This document shows positions 8,001 through 16,132 of a DNA stretch of 24,000 nt, in pieces. The number at the start of each line of letters is the position of its first letter. Positions within the stretch are counted from its first letter, which is position 1. Under the pieces are notes generated by a model. It worked only from the letters and a program-made list of their open reading frames with translations. It was not told the DNA's origin and searched no databases. The position numbers were made by a program, and so were the translations under genes. Location of the stretch: contig JAWBYA010000005.1 of assembly GCA_038867615.1 (NCBI GenBank), forward strand, positions 113,749 to 137,748, read 5' to 3'. The stretch comes from Sulfolobales archaeon (GTDB lineage Archaea; Thermoproteota; Thermoprotei_A; Sulfolobales; AG1).

Positions 8001-9110
8001 TTGGGTTGGTGGATGGCTGGGATCGTTTGGTTCGATGCGCTAACATCTAAGCAGATACTCATAGCACTATCCCTCAAACGCTTCCTCCAGCCCCATGGAT
8101 ACGATGTCCTGGTAACGGGGAGGAGGTACGACGCTATAGAGGGGATTGTAAGAGTCCTTGGAGTAGAGGTTCCACTCGTAGGAGGCTATGGCGGGGATGC
8201 CTATGAAAAGCTTAGGGAGGAGGTTTCGAGGATGGGGCTTCTCTTAGAAATACTCTCAGGGAGGGTTAGCGACCTTATAGCCGGGATCTCTTACCCAAAC
8301 CCTGTTGAGGCTAGGATAGTCTATGGGTTGGGAAAACCCCTAGCAATTCTATCCGATACTCCTCACTCTATCCATGCCCACAGACTCACAGTACCCCTGG
8401 CATCCTTTCTAATCCATAGCTGGTGTATAGATAGTGCTGAGTGGAAGCAATACCTATTACCCCACACAAGGCTTTATAGCTATCGCGGTGTTGACGAGCT
8501 CAGCTGGATCCTATATCTAGAGGAGATCCAGGATCAGAGGCACATAAGATCCCTAGGCCTTTCTGAAAGAGAGTATGTTGTTATAAGGCCTGAAGAGACC
8601 AAGGCCTCTTACTATGTGTGGAGGGATATGTGGGATCTGTGGATAAGGATCTCTGAGGATCTAGTTAAGAAGGGGTATAAGGTCGTAATCCTACCCAGAT
8701 ATGGGGATCAGAGGGCATATATAGAGGAGAGGCTTAGAAACCATATAGAGAAGGAGAGGGTAATAATACCCACTGTCGAGAAAGCCATAGGCCCAGCCCT
8801 AGCCAAGCACGCCTTAGCAGTAATAACAGGGGGAGGGACTATTGCTAGAGAAGCAGCACTCTACGGAGTCCCGGGAGTAACCCTCTTCCCCCTAGAGCTC
8901 CCGGTGGATAGATGCCTCTCATCCCTGGGCCTCCCCATAAAGAGAGCATCAAGCGTAGAAGAGATCATGAGTATTATAGATAATGCTGAGAATGATATAG
9001 AGCTATTTATCGCCAAGGCTAAAGAGATCATAGCTAATATGGAGCCTCCTCAAAAAACCCTGCTAGAGATCCTCAGGGAGGTTGAGAACCGTGGAGGGGG
9101 AGGGTGCTAG
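8001..9110 (+). CDS. DUF354 protein (GT-B / UDP-GlcNAc-2-epimerase-like fold family)
   Basis: The N terminus ...GIVWFDALTSKQILIALSLKRFLQPHGYDVLVTGRRYD...GGYGGDAYEKL matches my memory of the DUF354 pattern (kIWiDi..pkh..ff..li.eL...GheV.it.R). The likely true start is ATG 8013. Confidence 0.6.
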   Translation: MGWWMAGIVWFDALTSKQILIALSLKRFLQPHGYDVLVTGRRYDAIEGIVRVLGVEVPLVGGYGGDAYEKLREEVSRMGLLLEILSGRVSDLIAGISYPNPVEARIVYGLGKPLAILSDTPHSIHAHRLTVPLASFLIHSWCIDSAEWKQYLLPHTRLYSYRGVDELSWILYLEEIQDQRHIRSLGLSEREYVVIRPEETKASYYVWRDMWDLWIRISEDLVKKGYKVVILPRYGDQRAYIEERLRNHIEKERVIIPTVEKAIGPALAKHALAVITGGGTIAREAALYGVPGVTLFPLELPVDRCLSSLGLPIKRASSVEEIMSIIDNAENDIELFIAKAKEIIANMEPPQKTLLEILREVENRGGGGC

Positions 9111-9159
9111 AATCCCTGGAGGCTCTTTGGAAAACCCGATCTTCGTTGTCGAGAGGATC

Positions 9160-10488
9160 ATGTGGCTCGTCGAGAGCAGACAGAGCGTAGAAGAGGCGCA
9201 GATTAGAAGGGCTGGCGAGCTCTTAGGAACACCTGTTAAGAGGGTTGAGGCTCTGAGGGCTAGATATTCAGACGTGTTCTCAAGGTTTATTGAGAAGAGA
9301 TGCTCAGAAACAGGCTCTGAGTATAGGGTTTGCATATATTCTTGGAATAGGAAGAGGGCTTTCAAAGCCTTCCCAGCCTCTCTCTATGCCACAGGCACGA
9401 TCATAGTATTCAGGGGAAACGAACCGCTAGAGGTTATGTGTAACCCCCTGCCAAAGGCTCTCGACTACCCGGTTGCTGCGGAACATATACCGGGCTCTAC
9501 GATCCCCTACTATGTATCTGAAAGGATCGATGGGTGGCAGGTTAACGCCTACTACGATAAGATCCTCGGGAGATGGGTCTTCTCGACTAAATATGTGCTC
9601 CACAACATGTACTTCTCACGAGGCATTCTAAACATAGATAGGTATGGCGAGATAAGCAACCCAATAGTATCACTAGCCGATGAGATAGCATCTAGAGAGA
9701 ACATCTATGCAATGCTAGAGGGTCTGGAGGGATGGTCCTTCATATTCGTATTGCTAGGGCCGGAGCCGGCTATAACCTCTCCACCATACCCAATAGCACC
9801 AGATCCTCAGGAGTATAAGCTCTACCTAGTAGCAGCTAGGAGGAGCGATGGAGTCCTAGTAACAGGGACAGAGGCGGGGAAGATGATAGGGTGGAGCCTC
9901 ATCCCTGCTGAGAGGATCGCTAAACCTCTAGAGGATCTATACAGCGAGATCAGGGGCTCGATAGCAACAAGATCCCTAATAGCATGGATAAAAACCGACA
10001 GGGGAGATCCCGTTATACTTGAGATCCCCTCGCAGTACTACTACGACGCAATGATGGTGAAGCATCTCAGAGACGCGAAATCAGCCTCCATACTATGTTC
10101 CGAGGATCTATGTGAAGAGATATCCAAACTAGTCCCCGAGGATCTGGGGGAGAGGGTTAAAGCTATCGGCAGGATCTACAGAGACCTTGTAGAAGCCCTA
10201 GAGCACGGACTCCTCGACGAGAAAGCCTTCTCCGCAATAGCCGATGCGATCAACGAGATCAGGGGTGAGAGAGTGATCACAGCAAGAGAGATCCTTGATG
10301 AAACATTATCAAGAAATTATAGAAGGCTGGCTAGAAAGATACTAGCCCTAGCCCTCGAGGATAAATCCCTGGCCTCTAGCGAGGTTATGGATATACTTGT
10401 AAAGATAAAGTCTATCGCTCGGTTTAACAACACAAACGAGACAAAGCTGCCATGGACTCCCAAGACAAATAATAGCTATAGCGGGTAG
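9160..10488 (+). CDS. Archaeal RNA-ligase (Rnl3 / Pab1020 / MthRnl)-like protein with a non-canonical motif I (RIDG)
   Basis: The N-terminal architecture parallels Rnl3 as I recall it. ELLGTPVKRVEALRARY...GTIIVFRGNEPLEVMCNPLPKAL...YYVSERIDGWQVNAYY compares with ...GTVV......GFPHIKR.....YVEEKVDGYNVRV. FIFVLLGPEP sits where Rnl3 has CGEMAGPE. The longest ORF begins at ATG 9082, overlapping DUF354. ATG 9160 has GAGAGG just upstream. Confidence 0.55.
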   Translation: MWLVESRQSVEEAQIRRAGELLGTPVKRVEALRARYSDVFSRFIEKRCSETGSEYRVCIYSWNRKRAFKAFPASLYATGTIIVFRGNEPLEVMCNPLPKALDYPVAAEHIPGSTIPYYVSERIDGWQVNAYYDKILGRWVFSTKYVLHNMYFSRGILNIDRYGEISNPIVSLADEIASRENIYAMLEGLEGWSFIFVLLGPEPAITSPPYPIAPDPQEYKLYLVAARRSDGVLVTGTEAGKMIGWSLIPAERIAKPLEDLYSEIRGSIATRSLIAWIKTDRGDPVILEIPSQYYYDAMMVKHLRDAKSASILCSEDLCEEISKLVPEDLGERVKAIGRIYRDLVEALEHGLLDEKAFSAIADAINEIRGERVITAREILDETLSRNYRRLARKILALALEDKSLASSEVMDILVKIKSIARFNNTNETKLPWTPKTNNSYSG

Positions 10489-10491
10489 ATA

Positions 10492-11370
10492 GTGTTGGAG
10501 ATACACTCAACCCTCTTAGAGATAGCTAAGAAAGATCTAGAGGCGTCTAGGCTCCTGTTCGATAAAAAGCTATATCCTCAGGCTGTGTTCTTCTTGCAAC
10601 AAAGCATCGAAAAAGCCATCAAATCCTATGGTATATTGAATAACGTGATAAGTGAAGGAGAGACAAGGGATATTGGGCATAGAGCTTGGAAAGTCTATCG
10701 CAAGATTTTCAGTAAGCTTAAAGAGGACATGAGAAAAGCAAAGGAATTTATTGAGGCTTATCCAGGACTCAAACAGACAAGAATACTAAAGGATCTGGAT
10801 CTCGACGCTATTATAGCTAAGCTGGAAGAGCATGAAGAGAGCCCCTCTGAAGAAAAGGAAAAAGAGCTATGGAAGCTCTCTTTCGAAAGGGAGAGGCTTG
10901 AAAACATTATAGCAGATATCAACAAAACAAGGAAGGAGTTGGAAGAGGAAATAACTATATATATAAGCGAGCGGGAAGTCAAAGAGATAAAAAAAGCCTT
11001 AATGGATTATATCTTTAAGATCAATCCTACGGCGAAGATTGAAGCAGATAAGATCAAAAGAAAGCTGGACAAAGCGCTCACTCCTCAGCTAATTAGAGAT
11101 CGCCTTAATATAGTGATAGCCGAGCTGCCTTCTTACGTCTTCTGCTCTTTGTCACTATATTACCTCTCCTTGGTTCTCTCTCCACATGCTACCAAGCCAA
11201 GGTATCCCCAAGCTGATCATAACCCCTTAGAGGTCTACAATGAAAGGATGCCCTTGATCCAGGTGTTTAGTCATTTCATAGAGATTGCTGAAGAGACTTT
11301 GAATACCCTGGATCGTATATTTAATAGTTCCGCGCGTTTATCCTTCGCATTTCAACTAGATTCATTTTAA
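10492..11370 (+). CDS. HEPN-domain protein (PF05168-like) split by a ~130-aa charged coiled-coil insertion
   Basis: The N-terminal helices read AKKDLEASRLLFDKKLYPQAVFFLQQSIEKAIKS. The C-terminal part reads LSLYYLSLVLSPHATKPRYPQADHNPLEVYNERMP, with an R-x5-H motif at nt 11200-11220. The start is GTG, 3 nt after the upstream stop. Confidence 0.65.
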   Translation: MLEIHSTLLEIAKKDLEASRLLFDKKLYPQAVFFLQQSIEKAIKSYGILNNVISEGETRDIGHRAWKVYRKIFSKLKEDMRKAKEFIEAYPGLKQTRILKDLDLDAIIAKLEEHEESPSEEKEKELWKLSFERERLENIIADINKTRKELEEEITIYISEREVKEIKKALMDYIFKINPTAKIEADKIKRKLDKALTPQLIRDRLNIVIAELPSYVFCSLSLYYLSLVLSPHATKPRYPQADHNPLEVYNERMPLIQVFSHFIEIAEETLNTLDRIFNSSARLSFAFQLDSF

Positions 11371-11397
11371 TTTCTTGAGATAACATAGCACCTGGCT

Positions 11398-11431
11398 ATA
11401 TTTCTCATCTTCTTTATAATATCATTTTTTC
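11398..11431 (+). terminator. Pyrimidine/T-rich tract after the HEPN gene
   Basis: TTTCTCATCTTCTTTATAATATCATTTTTT includes a T6 run at 11425-11430. It is the first such tract after the DUF354 / ligase-like / HEPN string. Confidence 0.3.
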
Positions 11432-11473
11432 CCTCTATTAATGATACCTATGTGAGTCATGCCACGCTCTTGT

Positions 11474-12175
11474 CTAGAGCGATATGATCCCTGTGTATGA
11501 GAGTGCTAGAAGTAGTATGAATGTTGATAGGGTGATAAGTATGTTATCGTCTATCGGGTTCTTCTCGTAATGCTCGATTATCGATGCCAGGGCTGCTATG
11601 AATACTCCTGGGAATCCTATGTAGTAGTAGGCTAGAGGTGCGCAAACGAGGAACATGGCTAGATTACCCCACCACGATTTAGTCCTCTTCTTAAACATAG
11701 CGTTCCTCACAATACCTGTGGCAGCGTCTCCGAACGACATGAAGAGTATCGGTATCAAGCCATAGAGCGGTGTTGCCATGAATATCCATGAGGCTGTTAG
11801 CACCGCACCCCAGGCGATGCAGAAGTTAACCTCGTACATGTTATCCTTAACCTGGTACCAGTGCATAAGCTTTCCAGTCCTATGGGGTATCCAGTTTATA
11901 AGGGCGAGGATCAGGGCTAGGATCAGTGGTATTGTGGGCGATGTGAAAAGCACAGGGACTAGGAGGGCTACAACCCCGCCGGCGAGGATATGTATCACCT
12001 TTCTATTAAAATAAACAGCAACATTGTGGGGAAAACCCCTGTTAATAAAAATCCCATAGAGATACTTGGTCCCGAGAACAACCAAAAGGACGTAGAGAAA
12101 CAGGATAAAGGCGTAGAGAGCCTCGGATAAGGGGTTTAGCGGTATAATATATTCTAGATATAGACCCAGGTTCAA
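11474..12175 (-). CDS. Polyprenol (dolichol/phytol) kinase-like integral membrane protein, CTP-transferase family
   Basis: A polytopic hydrophobic 233-aa protein. FNRKVIHILAGG (RKxxH-type motif) and SFGDAATGIVR (GDxxA..xG) resemble dolichol/phytol kinases. Confidence 0.5.
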   Translation of the reverse strand: MNLGLYLEYIIPLNPLSEALYAFILFLYVLLVVLGTKYLYGIFINRGFPHNVAVYFNRKVIHILAGGVVALLVPVLFTSPTIPLILALILALINWIPHRTGKLMHWYQVKDNMYEVNFCIAWGAVLTASWIFMATPLYGLIPILFMSFGDAATGIVRNAMFKKRTKSWWGNLAMFLVCAPLAYYYIGFPGVFIAALASIIEHYEKNPIDDNILITLSTFILLLALSYTGIISL

Positions 12176-12345
12176 GTTCCCACCTACGAGTCTAAGGAAT
12201 CAGTGTTTCTGAAATTAATATATTTTTCAATGATCTAGACTATCGTTTCAAGCATATTAGATGTAGATGATGCTGAGAATCCGAAGGTTCTCCGCCAACT
12301 AGGAGAATATGCTGTGGCTTATCAAAGCCACACAGTCCAGGGTCT

Positions 12346-12861
12346 CTAGTAGGGTACGTTTTTTAACCCTAGCTTGTAGGCTCCCCAGTTTGTTGCTATG
12401 TGGAGGATAAGCACTATAATGGCTCCTGCTACGAAGATCGCGAGGTCTATTTGGTAACCAACCATGGTGTCTAGAGATAGGGTTTTTATCAAGATGTTTG
12501 CGAAGATGAAGAATGATAGCTGGTCTAGAAGGGGTGCTGGGGCTCCCCTAGGGATCCCTAGTCTTCTCTTTATAAAGGCTCCTACTATATCGCCTAGAAG
12601 AGCTCCTAGGGATGATGCTGCTGCATATGGTACGAAATATGGATTATCAAGGGCTGCTGAATAAATAGCACCCACCCCCGTTCCAAAGATCATGCCTACT
12701 GCTAGTCCTTCGAAGGTTTTCCCATCACCCAGGATTCTCTTACCATCTATGAACATCCTACCAAGATCTATTGGTTTTCCCCTCTTAACAAACACAGGAG
12801 CCCCGTTGGAAGCCATTGCGGGGAAGTATATGAAGATAGCCTTTAGGATCGTTTCGATCAA
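12346..12861 (-). CDS. carS: CDP-archaeol synthase (CarS, DUF46 family)
   Basis: YFPAMASNGAPVF...GKPIDLGRMFIDGKRILGDGKTFEG matches the CarS N-terminal signature. The protein is 171 aa and membrane-embedded, with a TTG start. Confidence 0.8.
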   Translation of the reverse strand: MIETILKAIFIYFPAMASNGAPVFVKRGKPIDLGRMFIDGKRILGDGKTFEGLAVGMIFGTGVGAIYSAALDNPYFVPYAAASSLGALLGDIVGAFIKRRLGIPRGAPAPLLDQLSFFIFANILIKTLSLDTMVGYQIDLAIFVAGAIIVLILHIATNWGAYKLGLKNVPY

Positions 12862-12942
12862 GCTCGTAACCAGCTCTATCTAGCCCACCACACATGATCA
12901 TTATTGATAGCTTTAATATAGAGAGATCCGTGTCTGCTGCGG

Positions 12943-12951
12943 CTTTTAAAT
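12943..12951 (+). promoter_or_regulatory. TATA box of the S3Ae gene
   Basis: CTTTTAAAT ends 25 nt before GTG 12977, which predicts a leaderless transcript. Confidence 0.4.
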
Positions 12952-12976
12952 CCCCTTGCAATATATGGAGTAGCTG

Positions 12977-13612
12977 GTGCCTCTCTTGTCAAGAGCGAGG
13001 ATCCCTGGGAGGGAGAAGTGGAAGTATAAGAAGTGGTATAGGGTTACAGCACCCCCTCTTTTCGGCGAGGTTGAGATAGGCTCCATACCCGCGGACGAGG
13101 ACTGGAAGATCGTTGGAAGGACTGTTGAGGTAACTATGTATGAGCTCACCGGAGATATATCACAGCTCCACATCAGATTCAAATTCCAAATAATAGGAGT
13201 AGAGGGTGATAGAGCGATAACCAGGTTCAAGCTCATGGAGCTTGCAAGGGACTACCTTAGAAGCCTTACAAGAAGGAAAAGCAGCAAGGTGGCTGGGATA
13301 ATCAACCTAACCACCAAGGATGGCTATGGGATAAGGGTAACGGTAGCCGCGTTCACAACATATAGGTGCAAGACATCCCAGAGAAAAGCTATTCGAAAGA
13401 TAATGTTCGAAATACTATCCAAAGCAGCCTCGGAGAAAACACTGGACGAGTTTATAAAAGCCTCGCTTGGAGAGATACAGAGCCAGATATTACAGGAGGC
13501 TAAAAAGATATACCCGATCAGGAAGGTAGAGATAGCCAAGATCAAGCTCCTAACAATACCAGGACCAAGCGGTCCTATGAAGGCCATCGTAACCCCACAG
13601 AGACCCGTATAA
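12977..13612 (+). CDS. rps3ae: 30S ribosomal protein S3Ae (eS1)
   Basis: KWKYKKWYRVTAPPLFGEVEIG...GRTVEVTMYELTGD...FKFQI...LTRRKSSKV...IRKVEIAKIKL is the typical eS1 pattern. Confidence 0.9.
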   Translation: MPLLSRARIPGREKWKYKKWYRVTAPPLFGEVEIGSIPADEDWKIVGRTVEVTMYELTGDISQLHIRFKFQIIGVEGDRAITRFKLMELARDYLRSLTRRKSSKVAGIINLTTKDGYGIRVTVAAFTTYRCKTSQRKAIRKIMFEILSKAASEKTLDEFIKASLGEIQSQILQEAKKIYPIRKVEIAKIKLLTIPGPSGPMKAIVTPQRPV

Positions 13613-13654
13613 CTATCCTCATGGCTGCAGCACCCCTAAACCCTGCTCCAAATC

Positions 13655-14215
13655 TTAATACTCCTCGGCGACTGGTTTTAATACTCTGAGGAACCAGCCT
13701 AGATCGAATATATTCTCCACAGCAGCCTCGGTATCTCTACCCATAGCCTTGGCTCTAAGAATCTCTCTAGGATCTAGCAGGGCTCTCCCAACCCCTATGA
13801 CTCGCCTATCACTCGGATCTATGACCCCCACTATATCTCCCCTCCTAAAGGGTCTGTAGATCTTTTCGACACTAGCCACTAGAAGATCGTTTCCATATAG
13901 GTATGCTTTAACACCCTGGGATCCTGCCTCTACGGCGGATCTTGTATCACCGGTGCATCTATATATCTCTTGCAACAAGCCTGGGTACGGGTAGATCTCG
14001 CCATTAATTATAATCCCAACCGGGGATCCTGCGTACATATATTTGAGATCGATCTCGCTCTCTATGGCTGTAACTATGCATATCCCTGGATATAGGTTGC
14101 ATGTGATTTTGAATCTTTGTGGGATGCACTTAATAATCTCGGTTCTTTTATAAGCTCTTGAGAGGATCCCTAGAAGCTTTTCCTTATATCTCCTTATCTC
14201 CTCCCTATCACGCAT
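13655..14215 (-). CDS. Nip7-like (UPF0113) pre-PUA + PUA domain protein
   Basis: The C-terminal PUA-like segment reads GVKAYLYGNDLLVASVEKIYRPFRRGDIVGVIDPSDRRVIGVGRAL...ENIFDLGWFLR. The Nip7 family ends in D.GeYLR. The gene overlaps the upstream NSUN gene by 22 nt. Confidence 0.6.
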   Translation of the reverse strand: MRDREEIRRYKEKLLGILSRAYKRTEIIKCIPQRFKITCNLYPGICIVTAIESEIDLKYMYAGSPVGIIINGEIYPYPGLLQEIYRCTGDTRSAVEAGSQGVKAYLYGNDLLVASVEKIYRPFRRGDIVGVIDPSDRRVIGVGRALLDPREILRAKAMGRDTEAAVENIFDLGWFLRVLKPVAEEY

Positions 14216-15216
14216 GTGAAAGACCCTCCTGTCTTATGGATATGGGGCCATGTCCTTATGCACCTCCTAACCTCTGGAGAGATCCTCTTGATCCAGAGAT
14301 CCTCTATACCTCTCGACCAGATCGAGAGACTCGGCTCTCTTAAAAAGATCTCGTCGTCATATATGTCGAGAACCCTGCTCACAACATACTCATTCTCCTC
14401 AGGAGCTATGCTGCATGTGGAGTAAACCAGGATCCCTCCTGGCTCTAGGATCTCTATAGCCGATGCTAGGATCTCTATCTGCCTCCTAACAAGCGCTGCA
14501 AGGCTCTTCTGATCGGTCCTCCTCTTCCTACCAGGATCTATCATTATATAGCCCTCAGCACTGCAGGGAGCATCGACAAGGATCCTGTTGAACTTCCTTC
14601 CAACAACCTCCTTGATCCTCCTGGCATCGCCCCTAGTCACGGCTATGCTTTTAAAACCCATCCTCGCTATATTTGACACAAGAGATCTTATCCTATCAAG
14701 CGAGATATCATTAGCAACAACAAGCCCCTTATCCCCGGTGAGCTGGGCTATATATGTCGTCTTACCACCTGGAGCTGCGCAGGTGTCAAGCACGGAATCA
14801 CCAACACCTAGATCCATATTAAGCGGTGGTATGAGTGGTGAGGAGTCTCTGTGGAGGTAATAATAACCCTTGAGATACTCATGGGTAGAGCCGGGGGTCG
14901 GGCTCCCAGGGGTTCTCAGGATCTCTATAGCCTCTCGTGACCATTCAAGCCTCCTAACCTCGAATCCAAGGTTCCTGAGCCTCTCTTCCAGCCTCTTGCA
15001 ATCAATCCTAAGGTTATTGCATCTAGCCACGGGCTTGAGGATCGATTGATCCTCTATCGCCTCAAGAAGATCTTCCGCAGAGCTGCCAAGGATTCTTATG
15101 TATCTCTCAACCATATATTCTAAATAACCATACCTCCTAGCAAGCCTCCTAGCATCCTCTCCAGGCTCTACATAGATATCCTCTAGGATCTCTTTGAGAC
15201 TAGCTATGGCAGGCAT
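14194..15216 (-). CDS. NOL1/NOP2/Sun-family RNA cytosine-C5 methyltransferase
   Basis: Motifs present: SAM motif I DTCAAPGGKT, motif IV DAPCSAEG and motif VI YSTCSIAPEENE. Both catalytic cysteines are there. Confidence 0.9.
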   Translation of the reverse strand: MPAIASLKEILEDIYVEPGEDARRLARRYGYLEYMVERYIRILGSSAEDLLEAIEDQSILKPVARCNNLRIDCKRLEERLRNLGFEVRRLEWSREAIEILRTPGSPTPGSTHEYLKGYYYLHRDSSPLIPPLNMDLGVGDSVLDTCAAPGGKTTYIAQLTGDKGLVVANDISLDRIRSLVSNIARMGFKSIAVTRGDARRIKEVVGRKFNRILVDAPCSAEGYIMIDPGRKRRTDQKSLAALVRRQIEILASAIEILEPGGILVYSTCSIAPEENEYVVSRVLDIYDDEIFLREPSLSIWSRGIEDLWIKRISPEVRRCIRTWPHIHKTGGSFTCVIGRR

Positions 15217-15228
15217 GAGAGAGACCCG

Positions 15229-15657
15229 CTATATATGCGCCCTTAATATGATCATGGTGTATGTTGAGACAACACCCTCTATAGATCTTATCGCATCTAT
15301 ACACCTATTTATAAAACCAATACCAACACCCCTAACAAGCACAGCTATATCGTGCTCGCCAGTAACCTCATAAACAGCCTCAACACCCTCAATATTCCTT
15401 ATCCTCTCAGCAACCTCAGGTGTCTTTGTAGGGGGAGTGGTTTTTACAAGAACAAGGGCTCTAGCCTCATCGCTTAATACATACTCAACACTGAATCTCC
15501 TTATAATACCCTTCCTAATCATGTTAGAGATCCTCTTCCTCACAGCGGTCTCGCTAAGCCCTACGGATCTTGCTATCTCTCTATATGATGCCCTACCATC
15601 TTTCTTAAGTATAGATAGTATCTTCTGATCCGTGTCATCAACAGAGATTCTGGACAC
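15229..15657 (-). CDS. Lrp/AsnC-family transcriptional regulator (LysM-like by position)
   Basis: The HTH reads DQKILSILKKDGRASYREIARSVGLSETAVRKRISNMIRKGII and is followed by a RAM-type C-terminal domain. The gene is divergent from lysW, starts with GTG, and ends 12 nt before the NSUN start. Confidence 0.85.
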   Translation of the reverse strand: MSRISVDDTDQKILSILKKDGRASYREIARSVGLSETAVRKRISNMIRKGIIRRFSVEYVLSDEARALVLVKTTPPTKTPEVAERIRNIEGVEAVYEVTGEHDIAVLVRGVGIGFINRCIDAIRSIEGVVSTYTMIILRAHI

Positions 15658-15778
15658 CCATGTATTATATCGATAAGCAATATATGTTCTAATAACGAAC
15701 GATCCTTAACGAGCAATGTTTATCTAAAGAACAAATCAAGCTAAAATCAATAGTGAGTAGTACTTATTTATGGGCATG

Positions 15779-15789
15779 TTTTTATATAG
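15779..15789 (+). promoter_or_regulatory. TATA box of lysW
   Basis: TTTTTATATAG ends about 31 nt before ATG 15821. It lies downstream of the track's ATG 15770, so it argues for the shorter lysW. Confidence 0.4.
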
Positions 15790-15820
15790 TGCGCACCGCC
15801 AAGCTCTATATGGTGGTTCC

Positions 15821-15991
15821 ATGGAGCACAGATGCCCCGTATGTGGAAGACCAATCGAGATCCCGAGCGACCCCGTCTCAGGAGAGCTTGTGGATCATGA
15901 TTGCGGTGCAACAATAGAGATCGTGATCCTCGACGGAGGATCTATAAGGCTCAAACCATTCCAAGGCATTGGGGAGGATTGGGGAGAGTAG
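15821..15991 (+). CDS. lysW: Amino-group carrier protein LysW
   Basis: 56 aa: MEHRCPVCGRPIEIPSDPVSGELVDHDCGATIEI...GEDWGE. It has the zinc ribbon plus the diagnostic C-terminal EDWGE tail. Confidence 0.8.
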   Translation: MEHRCPVCGRPIEIPSDPVSGELVDHDCGATIEIVILDGGSIRLKPFQGIGEDWGE

Positions 15992-16132
15992 GTTTGCCTC
16001 TTACATACCACTAGAGGTGTTATCAATACTTTGAAAACCATAGCCCCCATCCCAGCACCAGATATGGAAACTACTCCTCGCTTGATAGTTCACGGAGCGT
16101 CGGGGCTAGAGAGTAGGGGTTAGGGTTTAGAG

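Noticed and set aside
12262-12335. GATGATGCTGAG and overlapping inverted repeats between carS and the kinase-like gene as an sRNA or attenuator
   Set aside because: The C-like and D-like boxes are directly adjacent with no room for a guide. The clean 8-bp hairpin TGTGGCTT/AAGCCACA (12313-12332) sits just downstream of the carS stop. It is adequately explained as a 3'-end structure.
15770-15820. Longer lysW (73 aa) starting at ATG 15770
   Set aside because: The TATA box at 15779-15789 lies inside this extension. LysW proteins are about 55 aa and begin right at the first CxxC knuckle. ATG 15821 fits both.
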